The notes beneath the pieces were generated by a model. It saw only the letters and a list, made by a program, of their open reading frames with translations. It was not told the origin of the DNA and did no database searches. The position numbers and the translations under genes are program-made. Positions 1 through 14,075 of a stretch of 64,000 nucleotides of DNA are shown here, one piece after another. How positions within the stretch are numbered: position 1 is the stretch's first letter; every line of letters begins with the position of its first letter. The stretch is from Eledone cirrhosa. Lineage: Eukaryota. The stretch spans positions 38,378,001 through 38,442,000 of the forward strand of contig OZ024753.1 of assembly GCA_964016885.1 (NCBI GenBank), given 5' to 3'.

Positions 1-2500
1 ATCACTACCACTATCACCACAACCTCCACCACCAACGCTACTATCACTAGCACAACCAACACCATCATCACAGCAACAACACCACCACCACTACTACCAC
101 AACCAACACTACCATCACTACCACTATCACCACAACCTCCACCACCAACGCTACTATCACTAGCACAACCAACACCATCATCACAGCAACAACACCACCA
201 CCACTACTACCACAACCAACACTACCATCACTACCACTATCACCACAACCTCCACCACCAACGCTACTATCACTAGCACAACCAACACCATCATCACAGC
301 AACAACACCACCACCACTACTACCACAACCAACACTACCATCACTACCACTATCACCACAACCTCCACCACCAACGCTACTATCACTAGCACAACCAACA
401 CCATCATCACAGCAACAACACCACCACCACTACTACCACAACCAACACTACCATCACTACCACTATCACCACAACCTCCACCACCAACGCTACTATCACT
501 AGCACAACCAACACCATCATCACAGCAGCAACAACACCACCACCACTACTACCACAACCAACACTACCATCACTACCACTATCACCACAACCTCCACCAC
601 CAACGCTACTATCACTAGCACAACCAACACCATCATCACAGCAGCAACAACACCACCACCACTACTACCACAACCAACACTACCATCACTACCACTATCA
701 CCACAACCTCCATCACCAACGCTACTATCACTAGCACAACCAACACCATCATCACAGCAGCAACAACACCACCACCACTACTACCACAACCAACACTACC
801 ATCACTACCACTATCACCACAACCTCCATCACCAACGCTACTATCACTAGCACAACCAACACCATCATCACAGCAGCAACAACACCACCACCACTACTAC
901 CACAACCAACACTACCATCACTACCACTATCACCACAACCTCCACCACCAACGCTACTATCACTAGCACAACCAACACCATCATCACAGCAGCAACAACA
1001 CCACCACCACTACTACCACAACCAACACTACCATCACTACCACTATCACCACAACCTCCATCACCAACGCTACTATCACTAGCACAACCAACACCATCAT
1101 CACAGCAGCAACAACACCACCACCACTACTACCACAACCAACACTACCATCACTACCACTATCACCACAACCTCCATCACCAACGCTACTATCACTAGCA
1201 CAACCAACACCATCATCACAGCAGCAACAACACCACCACCACTACTACCACAACCAACACTACCATCACTACCACTATCACCACAACCTCCACCACCAAC
1301 GCTACTATCACTAGCACAACCAACACCATCATCACAGCAGCAACAACACCACCACCACTACTACCACAACCAACACTACCATCACTACCACTATCACCAC
1401 AACCTCCACCACCAACGCTACTATCACTAGCACAACCAACACCATCATCACAGCAGCAACAACACCACCACCACTACTACCACAACCAACACTACCATCA
1501 CTACCACTATCACCACAACCTCCACCACCAACGCTACTATGACTAGCACAACCAACACCATCATCACAGCAACAACACCACCACCACTACTACCACAACC
1601 AACACTACCATCACTACCACTATCACCACAACCTCCACCACCAACGCTACTATGACTAGCACAACCAACACCATCATCACAGCAACAACACCACCACCAC
1701 TACTACCACAACCAACACTACCATCACTACCACTATCACCACAACCTCCATCACCAACGCTACTATCACTAGCACAACCAACACCATCATCACAGCAGCA
1801 ACAACACCACCACCACTACTACCACAACCAACACTACCATCACTACTACTATCACCACAACCTCCACCACCAACGCTACTATCACTAGCACAACCAACAC
1901 CATCATCACAGCAGCAACAACACCACCACCACTACTACCACAACCAACACTACCATCACTACCACTATCACCACAACCTCCACCACCAACGCTACTATCA
2001 CTAGCACAACCAACACCATCATCACAGCAGCAACAACAACACCACCACCACTACTACCACAACCAACACTACCATCACTACCACTATCACCACAACCTCC
2101 ACCACCAACGCTACTATCACTAACACAACCAACACCATCATCACAGCAGCAACAACACCACCACCACTACTACCACAACCAACACTACCATCACTACCAC
2201 TATCACCACAACCTCCACCACCAACGCTACTATCACTAGCACAACCAACACCATCATCACAGCAGCAACAACACCACCACCACTACTACCACAACCAACA
2301 CTACCATCACTACCACTATCACCACAACCTCCACCACCAACGCTACTATCACTAGCACAACCAACACCATCATCACAGCAACAACAACACCACCACTACT
2401 ACCACAACCAACACTACCATCACTACCACTATCACCACAACCTCCACCACCAACGCTACTATCACTAGCACAACCAACACCATCATCACAGCAACAACAT
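1..2500. repeat. ACC/ACT-rich minisatellite, 113/116-bp unit, ~21 copies, open at window start
   Basis: Unit ATCACTACCACTATCACCACAACCTCC... recurs at 1, 114, ...; later units gain GCA. Period is not a multiple of 3. Confidence 0.95.
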
Positions 2501-3086
2501 CACCATCACCACAACAACAACATTACCATCACCACAACAACAACATCAAAACCAACATGTTTAATTGGCTAACAAGCCAGTAATTTTGAGAACCTGAGTT
2601 TCTCACTTATTCTGTACCACTCATGTGTGAGTAGAATGCACGTTTCATTTTATTAATTATTTTATATCTATTTATATTAAAACTTTATTTTATATAGTTA
2701 TATAAAATCTTTATTTCGTTGCGGAGGATCTTTTGAAGGTTCCAACCAAGCATGGCTTGAATTTATGACTGTTGCTGTGTTTTAGAAGAACATCAGTCTT
2801 TACAAACCAATGCCGTTGATGCTATGAATGTCATCTTTATGTCATCTTTATGTCATCTTTACGCTATCTTTACGCTATCTAACTACAATAATAATTCTTA
2901 GTCATGAGTATGTTTTTTTTAAACAAGCTCTTTAAAAGTTCTAACTTTTTGCCTCTTTCCTTTTCGGATTTTTTTTTTTTTGTGCGTTTAGTTCTTTTCT
3001 TGTTATTGTTATCATCATCATCATCATTATAATTATCATCATCATTATCATTTGAATTATCATCATCATTGTCATCATTATTAGAA

Positions 3087-3275
3087 GTGGATTGGCAGTA
3101 TCGGTAGAGGGTCGGATGCCATGCTTTCCAGCATAGTTACGTCCCTTAACGATGTGAGTTCAAATCCTGCTGAGGTTGACTTTGCCTTTCATCCTTACGG
3201 GGGGTCGATAAAATAAAGTACCAGTAATGCACTTGGGGTAATTGCTGGCCTTGTGCCGAAATGTAGAAACAATTA
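3087..3275 (+). mobile_element. tRNA-derived SINE family S1 (Meta/MESC-like central domain)
   Basis: A-box TGGCAGTATCGG, B-box GAGTTCAAATCC, core GCCTTTCATCCTTACGGGG..TCGATAAAATAAAGTACCAG, tail GGCCTTGTGCC..TAGAAAC-(ATT)n; many copies in the window. Confidence 0.88.
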
Positions 3276-3289
3276 TTAGAGTAATCGTC

Positions 3290-3822
3290 TTCACCATCAT
3301 AATCACTGCCATCAACATAATCATGACCATCATCGTCTACATCATCATCATCATCAACACCACCACCACCACCATCATCATTATCATTATCACCATCCTC
3401 GCCATCATAATCACCTTCGCTATCATTGCCATCACTATATACATCACCACTCATCATCATCATCATCATCATCATTGTCACTATCGTCACCATTACTATC
3501 AACATCACCACTGCCATTATCATCATCATCAGCATGACCACCACCACCACCACCGTGGTCATTATTATCATTACCTTCATCCACCACCACCACTGTTGCT
3601 GCCACCACCTCCTCCCCATAATAATCATCATCATCATCATCATCATCACCATCGTCACCATTACTACCAACATCACCACTGCCATTATCATCATCATCAG
3701 CATGACCACCACCACCACCACCACCGTGGTCATTATTATTATTACCTTCATCCACCACCACTACTGTTGCCACCACCACCTCCCCATAATAATAATAATC
3801 ATCATCATCATCATCATCATCA
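3290..3822. repeat. CAT/CAC low-complexity repeat with an internal ~170-bp duplication
   Basis: Trinucleotide-based sequence; block CCACTGCCATTATCATCATCATCAGCATGACC..CTCCCCATAATAAT occurs twice. Confidence 0.85.
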
Positions 3823-4160
3823 TTTATTTAAAAAAAACATTCTTAAGTAAACAAGAAATTTAAAAATATTCAACTTTATTTCAACAATTTTTTTATTTAG
3901 TTGATGGGAACAAAAATAATGTTCTTATTTTTTAAACTTATTCTTTTGTTTGAGGTGTGTAAAATATCAAGATACATATGTAATATTGATTGTGTGTGTG
4001 TATATATACACATATATATATACATATATTACATATTATATACATACATACATACACACTCACACGTGTGAGTGTGTATACAAGGAAGTTATTTATTCAA
4101 TGCAGGCTTGTTTTCTCACTTCCGATTTCATCTCCACATGCTTGACATTCATGCAAGGGT

Positions 4161-4211
<51 letters not shown>

Positions 4212-4448
4212 TCATCTTCATCATCATCATGACATATATGTATATGTATATATATATATTTATACACACACGGGTATAAGTTTATATATGTTTGTCTGTA
4301 TCATCATTATCATCTTCCTTTTACCGCCATTATTTTCTATCCTTTCATGGGTTGGATGGGTCTTTTCCAACACCGCTTCCCTTCGCTGTCTCCCTCTGTG
4401 AGTTTCAGCTCTTTTGATATCAGCTTGTTTGTATATATATGTGTATAT

Positions 4449-4612
4449 GACAAGTAAGTATGTTTTGAAACAGTGAGCGAGTTTGAAATTAGAAACATAA
4501 GCTTTCACTGTATTTTTGACTGTCAATACTCACCTTTTTCCATTTCCCTGAGGGTTCTAAACCCCACTATCAGGCTAAAAATTTCTTTAGTCAAAAATAC
4601 GATGAAAGCTTA
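4449..4612. mobile_element. TA-embedded repeat family F fragment with partial inversion; other copies 5628-5765 and 53053-53190
   Basis: Shared GACAAGTAAG..TTTGAAACAG..GAGTTTGAAATTAGAAA and AGCCTGATAGTGGGG..AACCCTC..GAAATGGAAAA (degenerate hammerhead-like core); all copies lie in or next to (TA)n. Confidence 0.6.
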
Positions 4613-4632
4613 TATATATGTATATTAATGTT

Positions 4633-4670
<38 letters not shown>

Positions 4671-4750
4671 CAAGTTGTTCCAAAGGTGGCTAGACCATTT
4701 TGTATATATATATCTATATATATCTCTCTCTCTATATATATATATAATAA

Positions 4751-5110
4751 GATATATTAACAAATGGAAACTATATTTATAAAACCATATTTATTTCATT
4801 ATACATATTTCAAGGACACCAAGTTAAATTATGGTGTGCTTTCATCAGATAAAATATAATATAGAGCAGTTTTATAAATAAATATTGACATACCCTTAAA
4901 GAATGCGACCATTTCTGTCGGAAGCTCCCGGGTATGTCAATATTTATTTATAAAACTGATCTATATTATATTTTATCTGATGAAAGCACACCATAATTTA
5001 ACTTGGTGTCCTTGAAATATGTATAATGAAATAAATATGGTTTTATAAATATAGTTTCCATTTGTTAATATATCGTATTTTTACTCCAATAATTTGTTGA
5101 GTGCTTTATA
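4751..5110 (+). mobile_element. Family A Penelope-like terminus as a fold-back: arms 4751-4895 / 4930-5074; tail continues and is interrupted by a SINE
   Basis: ~145-bp near-perfect inverted arms containing a hammerhead motif. The family A tail resumes at ~5525-5560 after the S3 SINE. Confidence 0.8.
4969..5033 (+). ncRNA. Minimal type I hammerhead ribozyme motif (family A); mirror copy on - strand ~4792-4856
   Basis: TATTTTAT-CTGATGA-AAGCACACCA-loop-TGGTGTCCTT-GAAA-TATGTA-TA^ATGAAATA; stems I and II pair. Confidence 0.8.
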
Positions 5111-5490
5111 TCATCATCATCATCATCATCATCATCAGGTTTAGCGTCCGTGTTCCACGCTTGCATGGGTTTGGACGGGGGTTTTCCCACTTGAGGCAAG
5201 AGTGGTTGTCTTGCTCGCATAGGACTGTCTGGCGGGTTTTCTACAGTTGGATGCCCTTCCTAACACCAACCACATTTACAGTGTGGGGCTGGGAGGTTTT
5301 TACCGTGTTGCCTACACGGCCACATTTACAGCGTGGACTGTGTGTTTTTTTGTCGTGACACCTACACGATCTCATTTGTTTCGGCCTGGATGTTGTGGGA
5401 CCAACATAACTGTACATTGAAAGGGGCGGTGTGGATGGGGTGGAGGTGGTGGGACGGGGGGGTGTTTTGATAGAGATGCCTACTGACTGT
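5111..5490 (-). mobile_element. SINE-like family S3 with RTE-type (GAT)n tail
   Basis: Homologous to 8871-9450 and 28952-29355; shares GGTTGGTGTTAGGAAGGGCATCCA and CCCATGCAAGCGTGGAACACGGACG..(GAT)n. Confidence 0.85.
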
Positions 5491-5557
5491 AGTAGGTTTT
5501 TACTTTGTATTTAGGTAAGGCTTGCTTGTTGTATCCCAACAATTTAAATAGAACTTC

Positions 5558-5600
<43 letters not shown>

Positions 5601-5794
5601 CCAAAGATGTGGGTTCAACTCCCATGTATGTCAATACTCATCTTTTTCCATTTCTTAGAGGGTCCCCCACTATCAGGCTAAAATTTCTTTAGTAAAAAAT
5701 ACGGTGAAAGCTTCTATTTCTAATTTCAAACTCACTTGCTGTTTCAAAAACACACTTACTTGTCATATCATATATATATATATATATATAGCTA

Positions 5795-5956
5795 CCATAT
5801 TTGCCGGTGCTGAAGATGCTTTGTCTTCGAGGATACACCCTAATTTTGACAACCAAAAATTAGAAAAAAAAATAATAAACAACCCCCAGGACGCATGGGA
5901 GATTTTTGAGATTTATTTTAGGAAAAAAGTAGCGTCTTCGACGCCAGTGAATACGG
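5795..5956. mobile_element. Tc1/mariner-pogo-type MITE
   Basis: ~26-bp imperfect TIRs (CCATATTTGCCGGTGCTGAAGATGCT / AGCGTCTTCGACGCCAGTGAATACGG) flanked by TA on both sides. Confidence 0.75.
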
Positions 5957-6384
5957 TATATAAAATGGTTTGGTGACTTTTGGGCCACCCTGTATATCTA
6001 ATTATTATTGTTTAATCCCCAGTTTCCTTACTTCTTGTATTTGTTGTGTTTGTGTGATTATGTGTGGTTGTTTGTGTGTGTGCATGTATGAGCATGCATG
6101 TATGAGCTTGCATGTATGAGCTTGCATGTGTGTGCATGTGTGCTTGTGTATGTTTGTGTGATTCACTTGTTTCAGCAAGTCCAATCAAATGTCCATCAAG
6201 CTGCTGATAGCATGCAAATCTTCAAATAAAATTCCATTTTGTAAACAACAACAACAACAATAATAATATTGCAAACAATAATGAATGTTTTATTAATGAA
6301 AATTACTCCTCTGAACCCCTTCACCTCCCTCTCCTTCAATTTGAAATAGGAAACAGACAATTAAACCTCCAAAGACAAAAGAGA

Positions 6385-7218
6385 ACAACACCACCACCAC
6401 CAACACCATCAACTACAACACCACCATCACCACCACCACCTACAACAACAACAACACCACCACCACCACCACCTCCAACAACACCACCATCACCACCACC
6501 ACCTCCAACAACACCACCACCACCATCAACTACAACACCACATTCACCACCTCCACCTACAACAACAACACTACCACCATCAACTACAACACCATCACCA
6601 CCACCTACAACAACAACAACAACAACACCACCACTACCACCATCAACTACAACACCACCATCACCACCACCACCTCCAACAACACCACCACCACATCAAC
6701 TACAACACCACATTCACCACCTTCACCTACAACAACAACAACAACAACAACACTATCACCATCAACTACACCACCATCACCACCACCACCTACAACAACA
6801 ACACCACTACCACCATCAACTACAACACCACCTTCACCAAATACACCACCAACAACACCAACGCCAACACTAACACTATCACCCACAACAATACCAACAC
6901 CACCACCACTAACAACAACAATTACAACACCACCAATAACACCACCACTACCAAAACCACCACCACCAAAAACAACACCACCACCAACACCACCAACAAC
7001 AACACCAACACCACCAACAACACCACCACCACCAACAACAACTACACCACCACCAACAACAACAACTACACCACCACCAATAACAACACCATCAACTACA
7101 ACACCACCAATACCACCACCACCACCACCAACAACAACTACACCACCACCAACAACAACAACTACACCACCACCACCACCAACAACAACAACTACAACAC
7201 CACCATCAACAACAAAAA
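6385..7218. repeat. ACC/AAC low-complexity repeat
   Basis: Degenerate trinucleotide array. Confidence 0.9.
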
Positions 7219-7680
7219 CTGAATGTTCATCTTTTTATTCCTAAGTTAAAATCCCAATACTGCACTGAGGCAGTCAGATTTCTCTGCTGTTGTCCCCACC
7301 CTTCACCCCAGTCTCATCTCTTCATTTAAACTCTCAGCACCCAAATATATGTTGAATGAAATTTGCATTTTTTAGGTTAACAAAAAATATGGAGTGGGTG
7401 GGCATGGTGGCTGTGTGTGTATGTGTGTGTGTGTGTGTGTGGGGGGGTTGTTAAGGAAAGAGAGAGAACCTCCTCTCCTTTCTCATACAGAAAGGAAATA
7501 ATCAAGAAATTAAGATATCTTTCAGGTGGACTCAGTACTCTCTCTCTCTCTCTCTCTCTCTCTGTGTTTGTCCATGGAGAGTGGTTGCTTTAATTGTAAC
7601 ACACCAATGCCAGCAAGAAACTCCTGTCAGTAGTAATTAACGATATTTGATGGAAAAAAAAAAAAAAAAAAAATATATAT

Positions 7681-8011
7681 GGAGGCACATGGCTTAGTGG
7701 TTAGAGCATTGGCCTTGCAATCGAAAGGTTGTGAGTTCAATTCTCAGACCGGGTGATGTGTTGTTTCCTTGAGCAAGACATTTTATTTCACATTGCTCCA
7801 GTTTACTCAGCTGTAGAAATGAGATGATAGGGACTGGGGTCCCTATTATTCCACTGTAAAGTGGTCGTGGAGGTGCCACGGAAAAAAAAAAGCACCCAGC
7901 ACTCACTGTAAATGAGGTTGGTGTTAGGAAGGGCATCCAGCTGTAGAAATCAAGCTAGAATCAGTTCCCGTCTCACCCTTGCAAGCAGGGAAAAGCGGAC
8001 GTAAAATGAAA

Positions 8012-8015
<4 letters not shown>
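7681..8015 (+). mobile_element. Full-length tRNA-derived SINE family S2 (CORE-like centre, RTE-derived tail)
   Basis: A-box TGGCTTAGTGG, B-box GAGTTCAATTC, CCTTGAGCAAGACA centre; tail CCCTTGCAAGCAGGGAAAAGCGGACGTAAAATGA matches the RTE end at ~24176-24210. Confidence 0.88.
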
Positions 8016-8050
<35 letters not shown>

Positions 8051-8118
8051 AAATTATAGTAAAAAAATAATTTTAAAAATGGACACAAATATTTATAAAT
8101 GACAATAATAATAATAAT

Positions 8119-8335
8119 GGTTTCTTATATAGGCACAAGGCCAGCAATTTTGGGGGAGGGGAAAGTCAATTAAATCGACTCCAGTGCGTGACTGGTACTT
8201 TATTTTATCGACCCCATAAGGATGAAAGGCAAAGTTAACTTCGGCGGGATTTGAACTCAGATCATAAAAGGGCGTAACTCTATGCTGCAAAGCATGGCGT
8301 CCGACCCTCTACCGATACTGCCAATCAACCGCCCT
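8119..8335 (-). mobile_element. SINE S1
   Basis: Reverse complement of the S1 head, core and tail. Confidence 0.85.
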
Positions 8336-8344
8336 TATACGACA

Positions 8345-8685
8345 ATAATAATAATAATGATTTCATTTATTGGCCACAAGGGCTGACTTGTAGGGGACAA
8401 TACAAAGACAGGGACAGTGGGGAGTTTACAATAAGCTCGAGTAAAAGTGCATAATGGCAACACTAATTTAACAATGAAGATATAAAAAATATAAAATAAT
8501 CTATGCATAAATATAACAAAATAAATTCCTCTATAGGGGGTGGACGACCCAGGGGTGACTCAAGTACCCCACCAATCCTGAACCACCCTGTGCTTCTAGG
8601 GCACCCGAGGAAGGCACCCTTCTCCTCAAATTAACTAGCTAATAAGCGCATGATCATTCTCGCCACATTCATCCACCTTTTAGCA
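8345..8685 (-). mobile_element. 5'-truncated non-LTR retrotransposon 3' end (possibly Tx1/L1-like)
   Basis: Minus strand reads AKRWMNVARMIMRLLAS*, then a UTR ending CCTTGTGGCCAATAAATGAAAT-(ATT)n. Clade assignment is tentative. Confidence 0.45.
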
Positions 8686-8870
8686 AATAATAATAATATT
8701 AACCGGAAAAAATGAAATGAAATGAAATTTCCCACTCTTATGGTTGCTGGACACTGCGGCTTAATACGGGATGTTTGTTTACAAACACACCGAGCATTAT
8801 AATAAATGTTCGGTGAATCCATACGTACATATATATATATATGTGTGCATGTATGTATATATATATATAC

Positions 8871-9450
8871 AGGCACCTCTAACAAAATACACCCCCGTCC
8901 CACCACCCCCACCCCATCCATCCACACCGCCCCTTTCAATGTAAAGTTATGTTGGTGCCACAACATCCAGGCCGAAGCAAATGAGATCGTGTAGGTGTCA
9001 CGACAAAAAAGCACACAGTCCACGCTGTAATGTGGCCGTGTAGGTAACACGGTAAAAACCTCCCAGTCCCACACTGTAAATGTGGTTGGTGTTAGGAAGG
9101 GCATCCAGCCGTAGAAAACCCGCCAGACAGTCCACGCTGTAATGTGGCCGTGTAGGCAACACGGTAAAAACCTCCCAGCCCCACACTGTAAATGTGGTTG
9201 GTGTTAGGAAGGGCATCCAGCTGTAGAAAACCCGCCAGACAGTCCACGCTGTAATGTGGCCGTGTAGGCAACACGGTAAAAACCTCCCAGTCCCACACTG
9301 TAAATGTGGTTGGTGTTAGGAAGGATATCCAGCTGTAGAAAACCCGCCAGACAGTCCTATGCGAGCGAGACAACCACTCTTGCCTCAAGTGGGAAAACTC
9401 CCGTCCAAACCCATGCAAGCGTGGAACATGGATGTTAAACGATGATGATA
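8871..9450 (+). mobile_element. SINE S3 with an internal ~122-bp segment triplicated
   Basis: CAGTCCACGCTGTAATGTGG...GTAGAAAACCCGCCAGA occurs three times in tandem. Confidence 0.85.
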
Positions 9451-11056
9451 CTACTGTACGTCTGTATACATATATGTATGTGTGCATGTATGTATATATA
9501 TATACATACTACTGTACGTCTGTATACATATATGTATGTACGTGTACATACTTATAAATAATAATATTAATGATACCAATAATAAATATAATAATAATGG
9601 TAATTTCTTTTAATGATAATAATAAATGAACATAAAATACATACAAAATAGTCAAGTAACACAATTTATTTTGTTTCTGTCTGTCTGTTAGTCTCTCCTT
9701 AGTTATGTCTGTCTGTTAATCTCTCCTTAGTACTGTCTGTCTGTTAATCTCTCCTTAGTACTGTCTGTCTGTCTGTTAGTCTCTCCTTAGTACTGTCTGT
9801 CTGTTAGTCTCTCCTTATTTCTGTCTGTCTGCCTATCTGTCTGTCTGTCTCCTTTGTTATTTGTTAACCTCACCTCTTCTTGTAATCCAAATTATTTATT
9901 TCTCATTACCCGTTTATGAGAGGGGGGAGGGGTTGTCTCTCTCCTCGTCTCACCCCCTATATTTCTGTTCCTCAACACATGACCCAGCCATCTTATTTCA
10001 TCCCATCGTAATTTTGTGTGGGAACTTCGGTTAAGTTATGATCCAAACACCAGCTTAATAATGAGAAAATTATATCACTAAATTCTTCCAAATTTGGTGA
10101 TAATTTTCCAAATGATTTGAAAATGATATGCAATGCATTTCATTAGAAATATGGCTATGAAAAGGTTCAGACAGAAAACCCTCCCCTCTTTAGAAAACCG
10201 CCTCCCTTTTCTTTTAGTCTCTTTTATTTAAATGTTAAAGGCATTAAGTAGTTTCGTAAACTTGCCAGCATTTCTAAATCTTGACAATGTGTTATCTGTG
10301 TCTCTCCTTCACCCACTTTGATTCAGCAAGAGAATTTGTCTTCCACTTCAACTGGAACCATCATACCATCATCCGACTGGTCATCCTTAAACTAACTAGC
10401 CCCCAGGCCCCAGGATACTCTTGCTGTCATTTGCACCAGTGAAGATATTTCTAATCCTTGTGAGGAAAGTACTTTTGTCATTTGAGAAAGCTTCACGTTC
10501 TTCTTCTTCTTCTCACTGCCGTCAACACCATTCCTTAGTGGTGTGTTGTTGAAAATGATTACAGACCACCTTTAAGATTGAAAACCAAGGTATCTAGTTG
10601 GTTTAAAGCTTATTAAAATTCATGACTAATTATTTCAAGCCTGAACCATATATACCACGCAATGAAACTGCAATGATTGAAGGAACCATGCAGAGTTTTC
10701 CAGTGGGGATTGGATATTTGAATGGATACTGATTATTGAAGAATTCTATGATTAAAAATTAAAAATAACAAAAAAAAAAAAGTTGAAATACCAAATATAA
10801 ATGAAATTTTATTTATTCCAAAAGCTAATTTTCTAAACAATAATTTCATCTGAAAAATGTTATTATTTCAACATTTTAATGTTAACTTTCATATTTACAT
10901 AAGACAGAATATCGGTGAGGTTAATCCTTTTGTGACCATATTTCTAATGAAATACACACTATTTCAGTTAATTAATGAAGAATTATTAATTATTTCATTA
11001 TTAAGTAATTTAACATAGGTTCTTATATAAAATTATGTTGGAAAATTTTAGTTTAA

Positions 11057-11278
11057 CCCTTTAGTATTTAAACCAGCCGTATCCGGTCACAATTCTTTCA
11101 TCTCTTTCTATTCAAACCAACTGTAACCAGCCACTCATACTGATGTTAAAGTATTGTTCTCAAAATAAATAACATGAAAATCTCATAGATTCAATATTAT
11201 GTGAAATGATTATGTAAGATTAAAGCCTTTACCATGAAAATACAATAGTATATATAGAGTAATGTAAATGGTAAAGGG
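11057..11278. mobile_element. piggyBac-type MITE, apparently nested in an older MITE starting ~10921 (related copy 22711-22947)
   Basis: TTAA-CCCTTTA ... TAAAGGG-TTAA termini. Confidence 0.65.
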
Positions 11279-11339
11279 TTAACCTACTTATCTTAATTCC
11301 AATGAAAGAGTCTGTCTATTTTAGAAACCGACTCTCTCT

Positions 11340-11680
11340 CATCACCGTTTTACGTCTGTTCTTCCATGCTAGCATTGGTTAGACAGGTTGTCCTGTTGTG
11401 GGCAGTGTCTGGTCGGCTGACCTTATCTTGCTCATACGGGAACTGATTCTGGTTTGATTTCTACAGCTGGATGCCCTTCCTAACACCAACCTCATTTACA
11501 GTGTGGGCTGGGTGTTTTTTTTGCTGTGGCACCTCCACGACCACTTTACAGTAGAATGATAGGGACCCCAGTCCTATCATCTCATTTTTACAGCTGAGTA
11601 AACTGGAACAATGTGAATTGAACTCACAACCTTTTGATTGCAAGCCCAATGCTCTAACCACTAAGCCATGTGCCTTCACA
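11340..11680 (-). mobile_element. SINE S2 variant with internal deletion
   Basis: Reverse complement of the S2 head and tail. Confidence 0.8.
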
Positions 11681-11815
11681 TCTCTCTATTGATGAAAATA
11701 TATAAAATAATTGTTTCTACATTTGGCACAAGGCCAGCAATTAACCAGTGTATTACTGGTACTTCATTTTATCGACCCCGTAAGGATGAAAGGCAAAGTT
11801 AACCTCGAACCAGAA

Positions 11816-11920
11816 CATACACACACACACACACACATATATATACATACACACACAAATACACTGAGACACATACACACAGGCATACCCACAAACACAT
11901 ACCCACACACACACATACAT

Positions 11921-11981
<61 letters not shown>

Positions 11982-12022
11982 CACATACATGCACACACAC
12001 ACACACACACACACACATACAT

Positions 12023-12073
<51 letters not shown>

Positions 12074-12405
12074 TACCTACACAATTCACTCCGAGACACA
12101 TACACACATACATACCCCAACACACACAAACACACCCACACATATACATACTCACACATACATCACATATACACATACCCCCCAACGCACACAGACAGAC
12201 ACATAAATACATATCCCAACACGCATGCATACCCCCCTCTCCCCACATACATACACACACACACACATACACCCACACAAACACACCCATATACACATAC
12301 ACACATAAACCCACACAAACACACACATACATACACCCACACAAACACACCCATATATACACCCCCCCACACACACACACATACACCCCCACACATACAC
12401 ACACA

Positions 12406-12468
<63 letters not shown>

Positions 12469-12495
12469 ACACATATATACACACACACAAATACA
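11816..12495. repeat. (CA)n-rich compound microsatellite, preceded by an S1 fragment at 11711-11810
   Basis: Direct reading. Confidence 0.9.
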
Positions 12496-12992
12496 TTTGA
12501 GGATCTTAAGAATTAAACATGATTTGGCTCAAGTTTAATTCAGTGATGAGGTGTTGCAGAAGTTAATATTCTTCAGTCTTAGACTGATTATGTTTCCATA
12601 GAGAAATGGTAATTATCTATATTCCAGACTCTATTGAATCGAACAGAACCGACTGACTGGAATTCTGCAGGAAAATTTGGACTTTCTGACAAAGTTAGTT
12701 TAGTTTTAGTTGTATGTTGTGCAGTGATGTGGAGAGCATCGGGTTGATTTCGTCAGAAATTAACTCAAGTAAAAATAATAATAATAATAATATTAGTATT
12801 AATATATGTCTTATAGGATAGTTGTTGCTGTCGTTGGTTTATTTTTGTGGAGATAAGTTTTATGGAAGAAGTAGAAGTAGCAGTGCCATCATCATTGTCA
12901 TCATCATCATCTATATCATCATCATCTACACCATTTACATCAACAATAATCATCATCATCACCACTACCACCACTACCAGTCTCATCATTAT

Positions 12993-14075
12993 GACACCAG
13001 CACGACCACTTTACAGAGTAGACTGGGTGTATTTTATTGTGGCACCAGCACTACTACATTACAGAGTGTACTGGGTGTATTTTATTGTGGCACCAGCACT
13101 ACTACATTACAGAGTGTACTGGGTGTATTTTATTGTGGTACCAGCACTACTACATTGCAGAGTGTACTGGGTGTATTTTATTGTGGTACCAGCACTACTA
13201 CATTGCAGAGTGTACTGGGTGTATTTTATCATGGCACTAGCACTACCACTTTACCATGTGAATTGAGTTTATTTTATTATGGTACCAGCACAACCACTTT
13301 ACAGAGTGGACTGGGTGTATTTTATCATGGCACCAGCACAACCACTTTACAGAGTAGACTGGGTGTATTTTATTGTGGCACCAGCACTACTACATTACAG
13401 AGTGTACTGGGTGTATTTTATCATGGCACTAGCACTACCACTTTACCATGTGAATTGCGTGTATTTTATTATGGTACCAGCACTACCACTTTACAGAGTG
13501 GACTGGGTGTATTTTATCATGGCACCAGCACAACCACTTTACAGAGTGGACTGGGTGTATTTTATCATGGCACCAGCACAACCACTTTACAGAGTAGACT
13601 GGGTGTATTTTATTGTGGCACCAGCACTACTACATTACAGAGTGTACTGGGTGTATTTTATCAGGGCACTAGCACTACCACTTTACCATGTGAATTGAGT
13701 TTATTTTATTATGGTACCAGCACTACCACTTTACAGAGTGGAGTGGGTGTATTTTATCATGGTACCAGCACTACCACTTTACAGAGTGGAGTGGGTGTAT
13801 TTTATCATGGCACCAGCACAACCACTTTACAGAGTGGATTGGGTGTATTTTATCATGGCACCAGCACAACCACTTTACAGAGTAGACTGGGTGTATTTTA
13901 TTGTGGCACCAGCACAACCACTTTACAGAGTGGACTGGGTGTATTTTATTGTGGCACCAGCACAACCACTTTACAGAGTAGACTGGGTGTATTTTATCAT
14001 GGCACCAGCACAACCACTTTACAGAGTGGACTGGGTGTATTTTATTGTGGCACCAGCACTACCACTTTACAAAGA
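12993..14075. repeat. 48-bp minisatellite, ~22 copies, derived from a SINE internal subrepeat
   Basis: Unit CCAGCACAACCACTTTACAGAGTGGACTGGGTGTATTTTATCATGGCA. Confidence 0.95.

Noticed and set aside
1-2500. Mucin- or extensin-like Thr/Pro/His coding repeat
   Set aside because: The 113/116-bp period shifts frame every unit and cycles through TAG stops.
7681-7755. tRNA genes at SINE heads
   Set aside because: A/B boxes are present but there is no full cloverleaf, and they are always fused to SINE bodies.
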